Shown in pieces: positions 21,286 through 31,090 of a DNA stretch of 64,000 nucleotides. The DNA is taken from the IMG/VR virus record IMGVR_UViG_3300005676_000020, positions 64,001 to 128,000 of that record; one strand, written 5' to 3'. A program made the translations under genes and the position numbers. The notes under the pieces were generated by a model. The model had not been told where the DNA came from. It did no database searches and saw only the letters and a program-made list of their open reading frames with translations. Position 1 is the first letter of the stretch; every line of letters starts with the position of its first letter. This DNA is from a virus.

Positions 21286-21849
21286 TTAGTTTCTGAGTTC
21301 TTCAAGAAAAGAAAGAAAATCTTCCATTTTATAATCATGTTTTGCATAATTTATAAATTGACAGCATAAAACACAATTGTCCACAGTATACCCCTTTGAA
21401 GAATCTTTTCTGTCAAGAGACATTTGTTTTGGTAAACTAAGAGAATAAGTAAAATTCATTGATATTCCTGTATAATAACATAAACCCTTTTGTCTATCCC
21501 ACATTTCTTGTAAATCTTGGTAATTTATCGAGAATTCAAGGTTTCTTCTCTTTGCTCCAAGTTTTAATGCGGAAATCATTAATCTAAAGGGATTGTGTTC
21601 TTTGTAATATTCTTTTCTATCCTTATCTCTTTGATAAATATATTCTTTCTTTCTTTGATAATCTTCTTTACATTTTTCTTTATACTCGTTAGTTTTTTGA
21701 AATTCCTTATATTTGGCTCTTTTTCTTGCAAAAGCATCTGGCTTCAACCACAATTCTTTTCTTTTAGGATTTCCTTCTTTGTGAGAATATGCCCAAAAAA
21801 CTCTGTCCTTTACGGGATGTTTATCCCCTTGTTTGTATCTTTTTTCCAT
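21286..21849 (-). CDS. HNH-type (homing-like) endonuclease in an AT-rich insert
   Basis: QKGLCYYTG...SLDRKDSSKGYTVDNCVLCCQFINYAK. Visibly AT-richer than its flanks; start likely ATG 21849. Confidence 0.75.
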   Translation of the reverse strand: MEKRYKQGDKHPVKDRVFWAYSHKEGNPKRKELWLKPDAFARKRAKYKEFQKTNEYKEKCKEDYQRKKEYIYQRDKDRKEYYKEHNPFRLMISALKLGAKRRNLEFSINYQDLQEMWDRQKGLCYYTGISMNFTYSLSLPKQMSLDRKDSSKGYTVDNCVLCCQFINYAKHDYKMEDFLSFLEELRN

Positions 21850-21853
21850 AATA

Positions 21854-21885
21854 CAAAGATACAAAATAAGCTACAGAATTCCAAA
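21854..21885 (-). promoter_or_regulatory. Bacteroidota housekeeping promoter for the HNH gene
   Basis: TTTG-20 nt-TATCTTTG, a full match to the -33/-7 consensus. Confidence 0.65.
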
Positions 21886-21892
21886 TAAAATT

Positions 21893-22270
21893 CTATACTA
21901 ATTTTTCTAGAACATACTTAAGTGCAGCTTCTGTGGCTTCTTCTGGGGAATCATAATTATTAGAAGTAATCTGCACATACTCCCCATCTGTCATTTGGAT
22001 GCTATAAGAATATTTAGTATTTGTTGATATTAAAACCCCTATATAATATCCAAAATTCTCTCTTATCCATTTAATAGCAAGAGAGTGGGTAGGTCTTATT
22101 GAGTGAGGGTTATCTTTTTCTTGGTCAAGTGTGTTATAACAACCAACATATTCCCTCAATTCTTTAGTATTATCTAAATAATAACTTTCAGAATATATAT
22201 CAAAACCTTTCTCTTTCAGTAACTTACTCACCTCAAATGAGCAATAATCCTCAGTTATATTGTTATTCAT
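21893..22270 (-). CDS. Conserved Bacteroidota-phage hypothetical protein
   Basis: EDYCSFEVSKLLKEKGF...PT..LAIKWIRE...SPEEATEAAL pattern; AT-rich. Confidence 0.65.
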   Translation of the reverse strand: MNNNITEDYCSFEVSKLLKEKGFDIYSESYYLDNTKELREYVGCYNTLDQEKDNPHSIRPTHSLAIKWIRENFGYYIGVLISTNTKYSYSIQMTDGEYVQITSNNYDSPEEATEAALKYVLEKLV

Positions 22271-22299
22271 GACGAAAGTGTTTAGTGGTTGATTTTATG

Positions 22300-22371
22300 T
22301 TCTGCAGGTAGGAGTCGAACCTACAACCTCCCAGATAAAAGCTAGGGCTCTACCAATTGAGCTACTGCAGA
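22300..22371 (-). tRNA. tRNA-Lys(UUU), no encoded CCA
   Basis: Cloverleaf: acceptor TCTGCAG/CTGCAGA, D-arm GCTC-AATTGGTA-GAGC, anticodon arm CCTAG-CTTTTAT-CTGGG, T-arm GTAGG-TTCGACT-CCTAC. Confidence 0.9.
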
Positions 22372-22380
22372 AACCATTAC

Positions 22381-22887
22381 CTACCCAAGGCTCTTTATGT
22401 CAGTTATAAAGAAGTAGCCGTCCTCTCTTTTAGGCTCAGCTTCTGCTTCGTAAGTGACATGATCCAGTTGGGGTACCAGCTTGCTGATACAGGTGAATGG
22501 AAGTTGGTCGAACTTACCCTTCGGCTTCTTTTCCGAATAGATTATTCCGCGGTCTCCGCCGGACATCCAGACACTGTTTTGGTAAGGGTTAAAGAAAATG
22601 CTCCCTTCGCCGTCTAAAGACCAGTAACGCTTTGCGTACTTCTTAAGGTCTTTGACAACCGGGTCAAAGTCTTGTAAGTCAAGGCCTACATGCAAGGTGG
22701 CTCCGCCGCCATGACACAGTATTGTGACTACAGTCGTGTCCTCACCTACAAAGACCCTGGCTTCTTCGTTTTCGAAATGGTACTTCTTAGACCGAACCCA
22801 ACGTTGGTCTTTTACATTTTCGGTTAGCAGGATTACACAATCCTGCGTGGTACAGGCTTCGATTTTGTCTAGTTGGATTATATTCAT
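22381..22887 (-). CDS. Hypothetical protein
   Basis: 168 aa ORF. Confidence 0.55.
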   Translation of the reverse strand: MNIIQLDKIEACTTQDCVILLTENVKDQRWVRSKKYHFENEEARVFVGEDTTVVTILCHGGGATLHVGLDLQDFDPVVKDLKKYAKRYWSLDGEGSIFFNPYQNSVWMSGGDRGIIYSEKKPKGKFDQLPFTCISKLVPQLDHVTYEAEAEPKREDGYFFITDIKSLG

Positions 22888-22898
22888 TGGTTTAGTTT

Positions 22899-23015
22899 TT
22901 ACAAAAAACCTTTGTATACTGCCCTTCTGGGCTTTTTTGGTTCACACCCGGTCTTCTTTGAAGGTGTACAGCTGGCTAGCATAGCAGCCAGAACAAGTAC
23001 GAGAATGTATTTCAT
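22899..23015 (-). CDS. Mini-lipoprotein (38 aa)
   Basis: MKYILVLVLAAMLASC-TPSKKTGCEPKKPRRAVYKGFL; lipobox LASC; ATG overlaps the upstream stop. Confidence 0.6.
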   Translation of the reverse strand: MKYILVLVLAAMLASCTPSKKTGCEPKKPRRAVYKGFL

Positions 23016-23779
23016 AAAGCTGCTGTTACAAACATGTTCATTGCCGCCTGATGACCGTTACCGAACGTGGTCATGTACCTTTTACTGCCATCGGCGAAAG
23101 TTACGTAGAAGTCACATTTGTCCAGGTCTACTGTCAATGTCTCTATTCCTTCAGGAAACTCATAGCTGGATAAAGCCTTTAAGGTTCCTTCCGTCATCTT
23201 TATCGGACTTCTAGCTATCAGCTTCTCCATCTGAGTGACGTCATAAAGCTTGTAGTTCTGAGTCATCTTCTCCACGTTGCCTTCTGCCATCTTCCTCATC
23301 TTCAGGTACATGGACATGGCGGAAAAGGTTCTCATCTGGGATGACATGAATACCGGCATACCTATCGGCTCCTTATCTTCAAAGTCAAAGTACTCTACCT
23401 TTTCTATATGACCCTTGTTTATAGTAACTTCTATCTCTGCACCACTGGCAAAGACGGACTTTAAGATGCCGTTGAACTCCTCATGTCTGTCAAAGGTTAA
23501 AGGGAATATAGCCTCAGCAAACTGAGTTACTGTCTGTGGCTTTGGAAAAGGAGAAGTTATGAATGCAGCCAAAGAAGCCATAAACCATTGAATTACAAGG
23601 ATCAAAGTCTTTCCTGTACCGTTCTGTCCAACATATATGGTCAAATCTTTTTTGGTGTCAATTTCGAGGTCCATGTTCACAGGACCGTCAAGCTTCAGGA
23701 TGAGGGTATTTAAGTTACCCAGTTTCTTAGTAGTAGTTTCCATTTCTGTGTTTTTGGAATGATGTCCACAAGGACTCAA
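23012..23779 (-). CDS. ABC-type (AAA_15/AAA_21-like) ATPase domain lacking Walker B
   Basis: LTIYVGQNGTGKT Walker A and a signature-like FGNGHQ, then a stop 10 aa later. Confidence 0.6.
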   Translation of the reverse strand: MSPCGHHSKNTEMETTTKKLGNLNTLILKLDGPVNMDLEIDTKKDLTIYVGQNGTGKTLILVIQWFMASLAAFITSPFPKPQTVTQFAEAIFPLTFDRHEEFNGILKSVFASGAEIEVTINKGHIEKVEYFDFEDKEPIGMPVFMSSQMRTFSAMSMYLKMRKMAEGNVEKMTQNYKLYDVTQMEKLIARSPIKMTEGTLKALSSYEFPEGIETLTVDLDKCDFYVTFADGSKRYMTTFGNGHQAAMNMFVTAAL

Positions 23780-24125
23780 TGTTTTCAGCTCCCACAGGGT
23801 TGTGAGAGTGGATAAGCACCATAGGTAGCCTATCCGTCCATTTCTCGAGCAGTCTATCTATCATAAACTGCATACAGTGGTAGCCGGTCTTCTCTTTGAA
23901 GTCATTGTAATTGGTTCCGGCAAAGGCGTAATGCTCATCGGCGAGGTCATGGTCGAAAGACACTATATCAGGCATACCTCTTTGGTTTATAGCCTTAACA
24001 AACTCTTCATATGACTTTACGACCACCCATTCGTTATTAGTGTATTCTCCGGCATATTTAGGATGTGCATAAGAAGCCACCTCTCCTGGGCTACGCCGGT
24101 CGTCAAGGAACAAGTTATAACTCAT
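23727..24125 (-). CDS. Cyclic-phosphate-processing receiver-like (cREC) domain protein
   Basis: LFLDDRRSP, VSFDHDL, KTGY and IHSHNPVG motifs. Confidence 0.75.
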   Translation of the reverse strand: MSYNLFLDDRRSPGEVASYAHPKYAGEYTNNEWVVVKSYEEFVKAINQRGMPDIVSFDHDLADEHYAFAGTNYNDFKEKTGYHCMQFMIDRLLEKWTDRLPMVLIHSHNPVGAENIESLWTSFQKHRNGNYY

Positions 24126-24199
24126 AAGTTTTCTTTGCTTTTAAAAAATACAGGCCGTAGAAACGGCCCGTCTTGCTTGTGTCCATAATCCTAAACCAA

Positions 24200-25565
24200 T
24201 TACCTGAAACCACCACCTATCAATCTTTTACCGACGGCCACTGGCGATTTGTGGTCTCTTTCACATTTTTCTGCAAACTTACAGAAGGCGGCGTTCGTCT
24301 GGATACATCTTCCAAACTTGTTCAGGTAACGGCGGAAACGACTGAACGAATTAACTATCTCCTCAGAGATAGCTGTACTGTAGACAGGCTTTGACATATG
24401 CTTAGGTTTTAGTGATTTGCACAGTTGCCCTTGTGGGTTATTTGACCCTTGTATTCAAGGTACTCACACCCGTCAATGACCTTGACGGTATACCTGACAC
24501 CACTTACATCAGCTTTTTGAGGCTGCATGAAGAGCGCCACTGATATTAAGAATGTCACTATCATGATGAAAATCGTCACCTTATATCTGTTGTTCATATT
24601 ACTTTGTGGTATTAAAGATTACGGCATCTCTTATCCTTTTGACCCTGAATCCGTAGACGGCCGTGTCCATAAGGTCGGCCAAGTCCCCTGTCCAGAGGTC
24701 TGCAGATACAAAAACAGGAAGGAAATGAAACTTCGGATGGTCTGCTTTACATATAATCAACCTCTCTCCCGGAGTCCATCGATGTATCCTTACCCTCGGC
24801 ATCCTTTTTTTTGAGATACTTTCTTGTTTTGACATAAGCCCAATGAAATGCTGTTTTGTAGATGATTTCTTCTGTTCCGTGATTGACACGACCTTCCTCT
24901 ATCCTTATCCAAGTCCTCTCCTCTTCGTAGTTAATTAAGCTGAGCTTAGCAAGCTTCAATTCCCAGAACAGATTAATGAGTATTAGAATAGGCACAACTA
25001 CTATCAGAAAAATCTGATAGAGCAGAGCTGCGGTAAAGAACCAGAGGGGGATAAGAATGTATTTCATAAGAAGTTGTATTTTTCCTCAATAGTGCAGATT
25101 ATCTCAGCCAGGGCTCTCATGCTCATTGCCCGGGCGTGGTAGATGTCTGTTTCTGAACCAGGGCTGTTCTTTAGCAGAGACACTGTATCGCAGGTCTGTT
25201 TGAGCTCTTTGATAATGTCCGATTCACTGGAAGTGACCATGTTGATTAGATGTCTCTTGCAACTCTCCAATAATTCAAGGTTTCCTTCCTTAGTTTGGAG
25301 TGATATTAAATGTTTTGCTATTTCCGACCTTTCCATCATCTTCTAAAAGTTTATATTTTCTTTCAATTTCTGCTATTAAATCAGCAGCGTGTGATAATCT
25401 TCTGAGTCTTGTCTCTGACAACGGTCTGCTAGAGTCTGTCTTCTTGCAACGCTCTATCAACTCTTCTTTGGAGCAGGTTAAGTCTTTCTCTATCAAGCGT
25501 TTCAAGTAATCTCTGTATTGCAAGGCTTCTTCCCTTGACATCCCTTTTATATGATCCGACAACAT
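24200..25565 (-). CDS. Six short hypothetical proteins, including a paralog pair (25064-25339, 25290-25565)
   Basis: The pair shares a helical pattern ending I..IE.KY..L. Confidence 0.45.
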
Positions 25566-26064
25566 GTATAAGCGGTATTATTTTTTTGTAAAGATTGTTA
25601 GGTTGAACTCTTACCAGCTTTCCATCTGAAAAGAAGGCGTTAATGGTCATGGATGACTCCTCTATAGGATAGGGTCTCTCAACCCTCTCAACCTCTATGA
25701 CCTTGACTATCTCCTTATCAGCCAAGTAGAATGGCCTTAGAAAGCAGAATGTATCGACTATAGTACCATCCTGATAGAACAGAGTATGGTTATCTAAGAC
25801 GATGATAAAAGACCCTTTAGGACTTGACTCAAGGAACTTGGCAATTCCTCCTCTTGGCTGGGTAATATTTATAACCTTACCCAGGCCTTTTGCAACGTTT
25901 ATAACATCTTCTGTACGGCAACCCTTTTCTGGGTCATTCGTATGCCACATAAATCTGAAAAGAGCTTCGTTATATGCAATGTAGTGAGCTTCGGCTACGG
26001 CCGTCACACAGCAGGTTCCGAATCTGAATCTTATTCGGTTAGGAACTATGGTTATGGATGTCAT
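25429..26064 (-). CDS. Putative papain/C39-like Cys-His-Asp fold protein
   Basis: CCVTAVAEA...GSFIIVLDNHTLFYQDGTIVDT resembles the phage DCVVRA...GH...DG...DT family. Confidence 0.4.
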   Translation of the reverse strand: MTSITIVPNRIRFRFGTCCVTAVAEAHYIAYNEALFRFMWHTNDPEKGCRTEDVINVAKGLGKVINITQPRGGIAKFLESSPKGSFIIVLDNHTLFYQDGTIVDTFCFLRPFYLADKEIVKVIEVERVERPYPIEESSMTINAFFSDGKLVRVQPNNLYKKIIPLIHVVGSYKRDVKGRSLAIQRLLETLDRERLNLLQRRVDRALQEDRL

Positions 26065-26873
26065 TCCACGTAGATTATGGGTGTTAACTTTCGCCTTAGC
26101 ATTATGTCGCTAAGAACTTTACCATCAGAACCGGCGCTTATCGACTTTTGAATAACCCCTTCCAGAGAAGCTTCCTCCACATACAAACCGCCTTTAAAAA
26201 CGGTTCTGTAGAAAACCCCCCATTTCTGCCAAGTGATACCGTTGCATTTAAGAAACAAAAGGCTCGGTCTGTTAACTTCTTCGAAATATTGGATGCATGT
26301 TGTAGTACTCATCTGATACCAGTTTGCCTTCAATTATGATTTCTTCGACTATCGGTCGGTTAGCTTTGGTCACCTCACCTTTCTCCTTTACAATCCTTGA
26401 AGCTTCTTCAAAGCTGCATTTTATAATCTCCGTCACTCCTTGTCTTGTATGGGCAACAAGTTTTCCAGACTCAAAAGAGTACTGGAATATTCCGACTGCA
26501 TAAGCTGTAGAAGTGTCACGCCTCTCATTGAGGGACCAGTAAACCCCATCTACTTCCAGTATGACTGTGTTTACTGTGGTTGTATAATACTTTATCATTC
26601 AATGTAGATTACCGGTTTAGCAACTTTTTTCATGGAGAATACTGTGCATGGGCCAGCAGCCCGAACTCTTTCTGAAGCTTCTTCCAGAGTACAACAGACT
26701 TCTCTATTTCCTACCATTCTGAAGTGACCGGTTCCTGTAAAATACTTGTTAATTTTTGTGCCGGGACCATGTTTCGAAAGGAGAACTGTTCTGCCAACTC
26801 TATACCAAACAACCTCATCACATACCAAAAACACAAACCCGTTCCCATCTTCGTAGTGTGGATAAGTTCTCAT
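26061..26873 (-). CDS. Three tandem paralogous hypothetical proteins
   Basis: Shared (C/A)(S/T)(L/F)EEA..V motif and a P(I/V)IY(I/V)E-like end. Confidence 0.5.
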
Positions 26874-27363
26874 TTTACCATCAGGGGTCTATTCTTCATT
26901 ATATAATCAGTGAAATGTTGGGCCACGTGGTGGCCGTTAGAGGGGATTCCGCAGCGATGCTCCAATATAACCTCGAAGAGAAGGCATCCTATGTTGTATA
27001 CCCCTCTTTCAGTCTCAAAACCTGTCATTTTAATCTCAAGGTAAGCTTCCAGGAAGGTATCTGAAACAACAGACCGGTAGCGCCCGTTGAGCTCTTCCCT
27101 TACGAACTTTTGGATGACTTCTTTCATAGCTTAGTTATTTTATAGCCGAGTTCCTGAAGACAGTCGTCAAGAGTCTTTAAAGACATTTGACCGACGACAT
27201 ACACATTCTTTAACTGCATTACAACAGCTAAAGAGGGCTGGTCCTCTTTGTCCCCATCCCTCTTTATATGGAGTTCAACAGGGGTCATTTCGACTAAAGA
27301 TGTTTTGTCGGACAGGTCTATCATGCCGGTACCGTGGTCAAAGGTTTTCATGTAAGTTGCCAT
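26870..27363 (-). CDS. Two hypothetical proteins
   Basis: 85 and 79 aa coupled ORFs. Confidence 0.5.
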
Positions 27364-27366
27364 ATC

Positions 27367-27804
27367 TTATTGATTGTCAAGCATTTCAAGTTGTTGTTTA
27401 AACATACCCTCAACCTCACCGTTCTTATCCGGGAGTATGAGTCTTAGCACAGGACGACCAAGCTCTTTAGCCTCAATGAAGTAGGTTTTCAGACCACCCG
27501 CAAGGATATCTGTGTATACCTTACCTGGTTCAAACACCTCACCTCCCTTAATACGGTTGACTATCAGATTGGCTATACCATGTAGGGCGTTTTGATCAGC
27601 AGGAACACAAATCTGAATATCTTTATGCCCAAAGTTCTCCTGGAGACCGTGGGTGTGATAATTAGTTTCGAACGGACATTTAATGTCGTCAAATACGTAG
27701 TGGCCTACCCACCCGTATTTCTCCATGAGCGGCTGCTGGTCTTTACCAGAGTCGCAGGTCATGATACTACCGTCTTTTCTTACAAAAGAGTGTGTCTTTT
27801 CCAT
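27367..27804 (-). CDS. DUF4262-like protein
   Basis: KYGWVGHYV...NYHTHGL...FGH...QLILPD-like LRLILPDKNG. Confidence 0.6.
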   Translation of the reverse strand: MEKTHSFVRKDGSIMTCDSGKDQQPLMEKYGWVGHYVFDDIKCPFETNYHTHGLQENFGHKDIQICVPADQNALHGIANLIVNRIKGGEVFEPGKVYTDILAGGLKTYFIEAKELGRPVLRLILPDKNGEVEGMFKQQLEMLDNQ

Positions 27805-27810
27805 TGTTTA

Positions 27811-28036
27811 TCAGTTTACGACAATCACTTCCCTAAGGAGTTTCCTGTCTTTACTATTTAGTTTATGAAATGCCCGGACGCTAGCTTTAGGTCTCATCTT
27901 TTTTACTATCTGCTCAGCCTTTTTGAAGCTGACGTTTCTGAATACTTCTGGGTATTCAAGTCCCTACTAACTCGGCTTCTCCCCAGAACTGTCTTGCGGT
28001 AGCATTGGGATTAGGTCTAACTACAAAATGTATCAT
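27811..28036 (-). pseudogene. Frameshifted paralog of 28046-28399
   Basis: MIHFVVRP...LVGT* continues in another frame as ...NVSFKKAEQIV...LREVIVVN*. It shares the AAACCAACTCTATG leader with its neighbour. Confidence 0.55.
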
Positions 28037-28045
28037 AGAGTTGGT

Positions 28046-28399
28046 TTATGCTAAAAATACCTCAGATACTATGTCTCTGGCAGTGTAAATGTAGTGGGGA
28101 TGTATTCCTTCCTCTTTTATAGCCGGGTCTGATAATACAAGTTCCTGGGCTTCTTCAAGACTTATATCCGACGCAATAAACACACTGTTACTGAAAAGGG
28201 TTCTTTTTCTACAATCGTATCGGAGAACTCTTAACGTCTTTGCGCTTGACGTCATATACTGCTCTGGACCTTCTCCGGGATATAGTGGAATCAGAACTTT
28301 CCAAAACATGAGGGACGTAAAAGTTCCAACATCTTCTATTTCCGCCATATCTTCACCTTTCGAGTTCTTTCTTCTTCTTGTCACAATAAAATGTACCAT
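28046..28399 (-). CDS. Hypothetical protein of the xxEEA tandem family
   Basis: ISLEEAQELV...TARDIVSEVF. Confidence 0.55.
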   Translation of the reverse strand: MVHFIVTRRRKNSKGEDMAEIEDVGTFTSLMFWKVLIPLYPGEGPEQYMTSSAKTLRVLRYDCRKRTLFSNSVFIASDISLEEAQELVLSDPAIKEEGIHPHYIYTARDIVSEVFLA

Positions 28400-28408
28400 A
28401 GAGTTGGT

Positions 28409-28640
28409 TTATACTACAAATATCTCAGAGATAATGTCTTTAGCAGACGCTGTATAGTACTGATAAATCCCTGATTTCTTGCTACATATGTCAGCCAGTA
28501 CAATCTCTTCCGCTTGTTGGATAGTTACATTCTTGGCAATACGTTTTTTATTCCGATACAGTTCTTTAGACTCGTAGTCATATAAGAATATAACTTCCAT
28601 AGAGCCGGTAGCCACCATGTAGAAGCCGTCCGAGGGTGTC
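28409..28640 (-). pseudogene. 5'-truncated xxEEA-family paralog whose start was replaced by the gltX fragment
   Basis: VTIQQAEEIV...SAKDIISEIF with no native N-terminus. Confidence 0.5.
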
Positions 28641-28820
28641 AAAAATGTATTCTTCTGCACCGGGCACATAGCGGGTCTGGTCAGTATCTTCTATTCTTAC
28701 AATGAAATCTCCGTGATATTTTTTGGCAAACAGGTAGTTGTATAAAACTGTTCTTACACCACCCAGGTGCAAGCCACCGGTAGGACTTGGTGCAAACCGA
28801 ACCCTTACTTTTTTACTCAT
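28578..28820 (-). pseudogene. gltX: N-terminal ~60 aa fragment of glutamate--tRNA ligase fused out of frame to phage DNA
   Basis: [30 protein letters not shown]...[19 protein letters not shown] (HIGH region), then unrelated sequence and a stop. Confidence 0.85.
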
Positions 28821-28837
28821 AGATAGTGTATTATTGA

Positions 28838-29149
28838 TTATTCCATGAGGTAGGGCACCTCTTTATTACCTGCTTTAAGGTAGTCTTTCTGTTCTTCTGT
28901 CAGTACACGGCGTATATAGGAGATTTGCATCCTTTTCCGAATCGGCACAGACATATCCTGAAGGTCTTCGTCTATCTCCAGGCCAGTGTCCCGGTCGAAT
29001 TCCCAGACACATTTTATCCTGTCCTCGGTTACTTCTGCAACGATAAGGTATACAGGTATGCTAAAAGCCAGCATTCTTTCAATGACGTCGCCGACCTTTA
29101 TGCTGTGAAGAACCTCCTTTGACAGAGGGTTATAAGTTACATTTGCCAT
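28838..29149 (-). CDS. Hypothetical protein
   Basis: 103 aa ORF. Confidence 0.55.
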   Translation of the reverse strand: MANVTYNPLSKEVLHSIKVGDVIERMLAFSIPVYLIVAEVTEDRIKCVWEFDRDTGLEIDEDLQDMSVPIRKRMQISYIRRVLTEEQKDYLKAGNKEVPYLME

Positions 29150-29178
29150 AAACTACTATTAATGGTTAGGTTGAGAAC

Positions 29179-29207
29179 AAAAAAGCCCGCTATAGACATA
29201 GCCGGCT
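29179..29207 (-). terminator. Intrinsic terminator
   Basis: Minus strand AGCCGGCTAT-GTCT-ATAGCGGGC followed by T6. Confidence 0.65.
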
Positions 29208-29215
29208 AAAACTAT

Positions 29216-30015
29216 TCATATGGAAGAAGAAACTATCATTAGTATGGCCACAATACATAGAAGTATGGTATTACGACACGCCTGTAGCTCAATAAGGCGC
29301 TTTTCTTTGCTGTATTTTGTCAGTGGCTTCATAGCCCAGGCATCTAGCCAGAAGCCAGCCATGACCAAAAGAAGGCCTCCTGGGAACATTGTAAGCCACA
29401 AGGTATTCCCAATTAGCTCCTCCATGAAGCCGTTCAACCGGGCTATTGCTGCTATGATGACAGTCAAGCCTAAAATAGCTAATACGTATTTCATATCAGT
29501 TTAGTTTTGAAAGGTGATTTACGATGATATAGATAGCCTCAAGCAGGGTGCTGGCCCCAGATACTATCATGATGACAGCATGTACCATTGGATATTCCTT
29601 GGTTACGTCAACACTTATTATGCCTTCCAGCAGTAATAGTATGGAAGCAATAACAAATATCGCCATAAGGGCGATAAGAATAAAAGCTACAGCAGGGTGC
29701 ATAATAGAAGATTTACTAATGAGCTGGTAGTTACTATTATCACGAAGAGGTCTTGCCCCTCCGGCAGGGAATATCCTGGGCGGCTTACTACTTCACAGCA
29801 TCCTGTCGATACCAGCACCATTGCCGCGTGAATGTATACCATTTCTATCATTTTCTTAAACCTATTAGCAGTGACACACCAAGGCCTATAGCGATAAAGG
29901 CCGGGAATATGGCGATGAGCAGCTGTGGAACTGTCTTGGCTATAGGCACAAACATTGCCCCGAGCATGGCTCCTATTACTATCATCGACCAGGCGCAGAA
30001 TCTTATTGTTTTCAT
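29216..30015 (-). CDS. Cluster of small membrane proteins (29216-29494, 29496-29702, ~29848-30015)
   Basis: Each has 2-3 hydrophobic helices; the third reads MKTIRFCAWSMIVIGAMLG...LLIGLRK. Confidence 0.55.
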
Positions 30016-30232
30016 TGCTGACAAGTATTTTCGTCTTTAATCTTAGTGTGGATTCGCTTTCTCAATAACTCTAAATCTTCCAGGTCGTTATAGCGAAATG
30101 ATGAAATCAGGGATGCTATTTCCAATACCAGTCGTCTTGACAGGTCAGTAAAAAGACCTAATATGAAAGCTGTTCAATTTATGGCACTAATGTAAGTTTA
30201 TTGGCACAGGAGCCATTATTGGGTACTACCAG

Positions 30233-30553
30233 CTATGATCCCCTAAGCACCAGCTTTGGTGTTCCGGTGCGAAATCCGATAGTACCGTGGGTAAAGTCAA
30301 TACTTTTTTTGTCCTGGAATAGTTCAGGATTGCTTTCAGCGTAAGCCTGAAGTACTTCAAAGGCTTCCTCCTTTTCATCTTGTAGTTTGCTGATGCTTCC
30401 TTCGTACTTTTCTTTTACCGCTGTTATTTCGGTATTCATTTTGCCCTGCTGCACTTCCAGCCGGGATACACATGAGTTATAGCGGGCAAATGCTTCTTCG
30501 GCAGTATCCCGGTTTACCTCTGTGATTAGTTTTTTGCTCTGTCTTGTTGCCAT
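30233..30553 (-). pseudogene. gam: Mu Gam-like host-nuclease inhibitor, C-terminally truncated
   Basis: Coiled coil then LQAYAESN...KKSIDFTHGTIGFRTGTPKL, after which homology ends abruptly. Confidence 0.75.
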
Positions 30554-30581
30554 CTGATTGGTTTTTATATTGATAAAATTG

Positions 30582-31090
30582 TTACATGATCTCAGCCTGC
30601 TTTTGCAGGTAGTGGCTGCTCAGCTCGTCCAGGGCACTGGCCCTTTCTTTTGCATCTGCACTGTGCATAAACTGCTCATTGAACCTGTCCATCATATCAT
30701 GGCATACAATAAGCTGCTCGTTATTAATACAGCTGTCAATACAGCGTAGTATCATTTCTTTGTAAGGGTTAAATAGTTCTTTCTTCATGCTGAATATTTT
30801 TGATGTACTGTGTTTAAGGTTTGTTGAATGAGGTTTTGTGTAAACGGGTCAGCCTTGCTGGTATTGAATTTTGAGAAAAACATATAAAAGGCACAGGCTT
30901 CGTCTGCTTCAATACTTATGCTGTATTTCTTTTTCACCTCGATGGCTTTTCGATAAAATTTTTTATATAATCTGAAAAGGGTGCCATGCAATACATGAGC
31001 TTCAATGCCTTTTGGTGTAATGGCTGTACATACATTGGCCAGTAACTGGTATAAGGCTGTAAACTCTGCGTATGTCATTTTCATTTTCAT
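30582..31090 (-). CDS. Two Mu-like prophage hypothetical proteins
   Basis: Coupled ORFs between Gam and the HTH gene; AT-richer codon style. Confidence 0.5.

Noticed and set aside
21286-21849. Group I intron around the HNH gene
   Set aside because: No interrupted host gene or recognisable P7 core; the gene has its own promoter.
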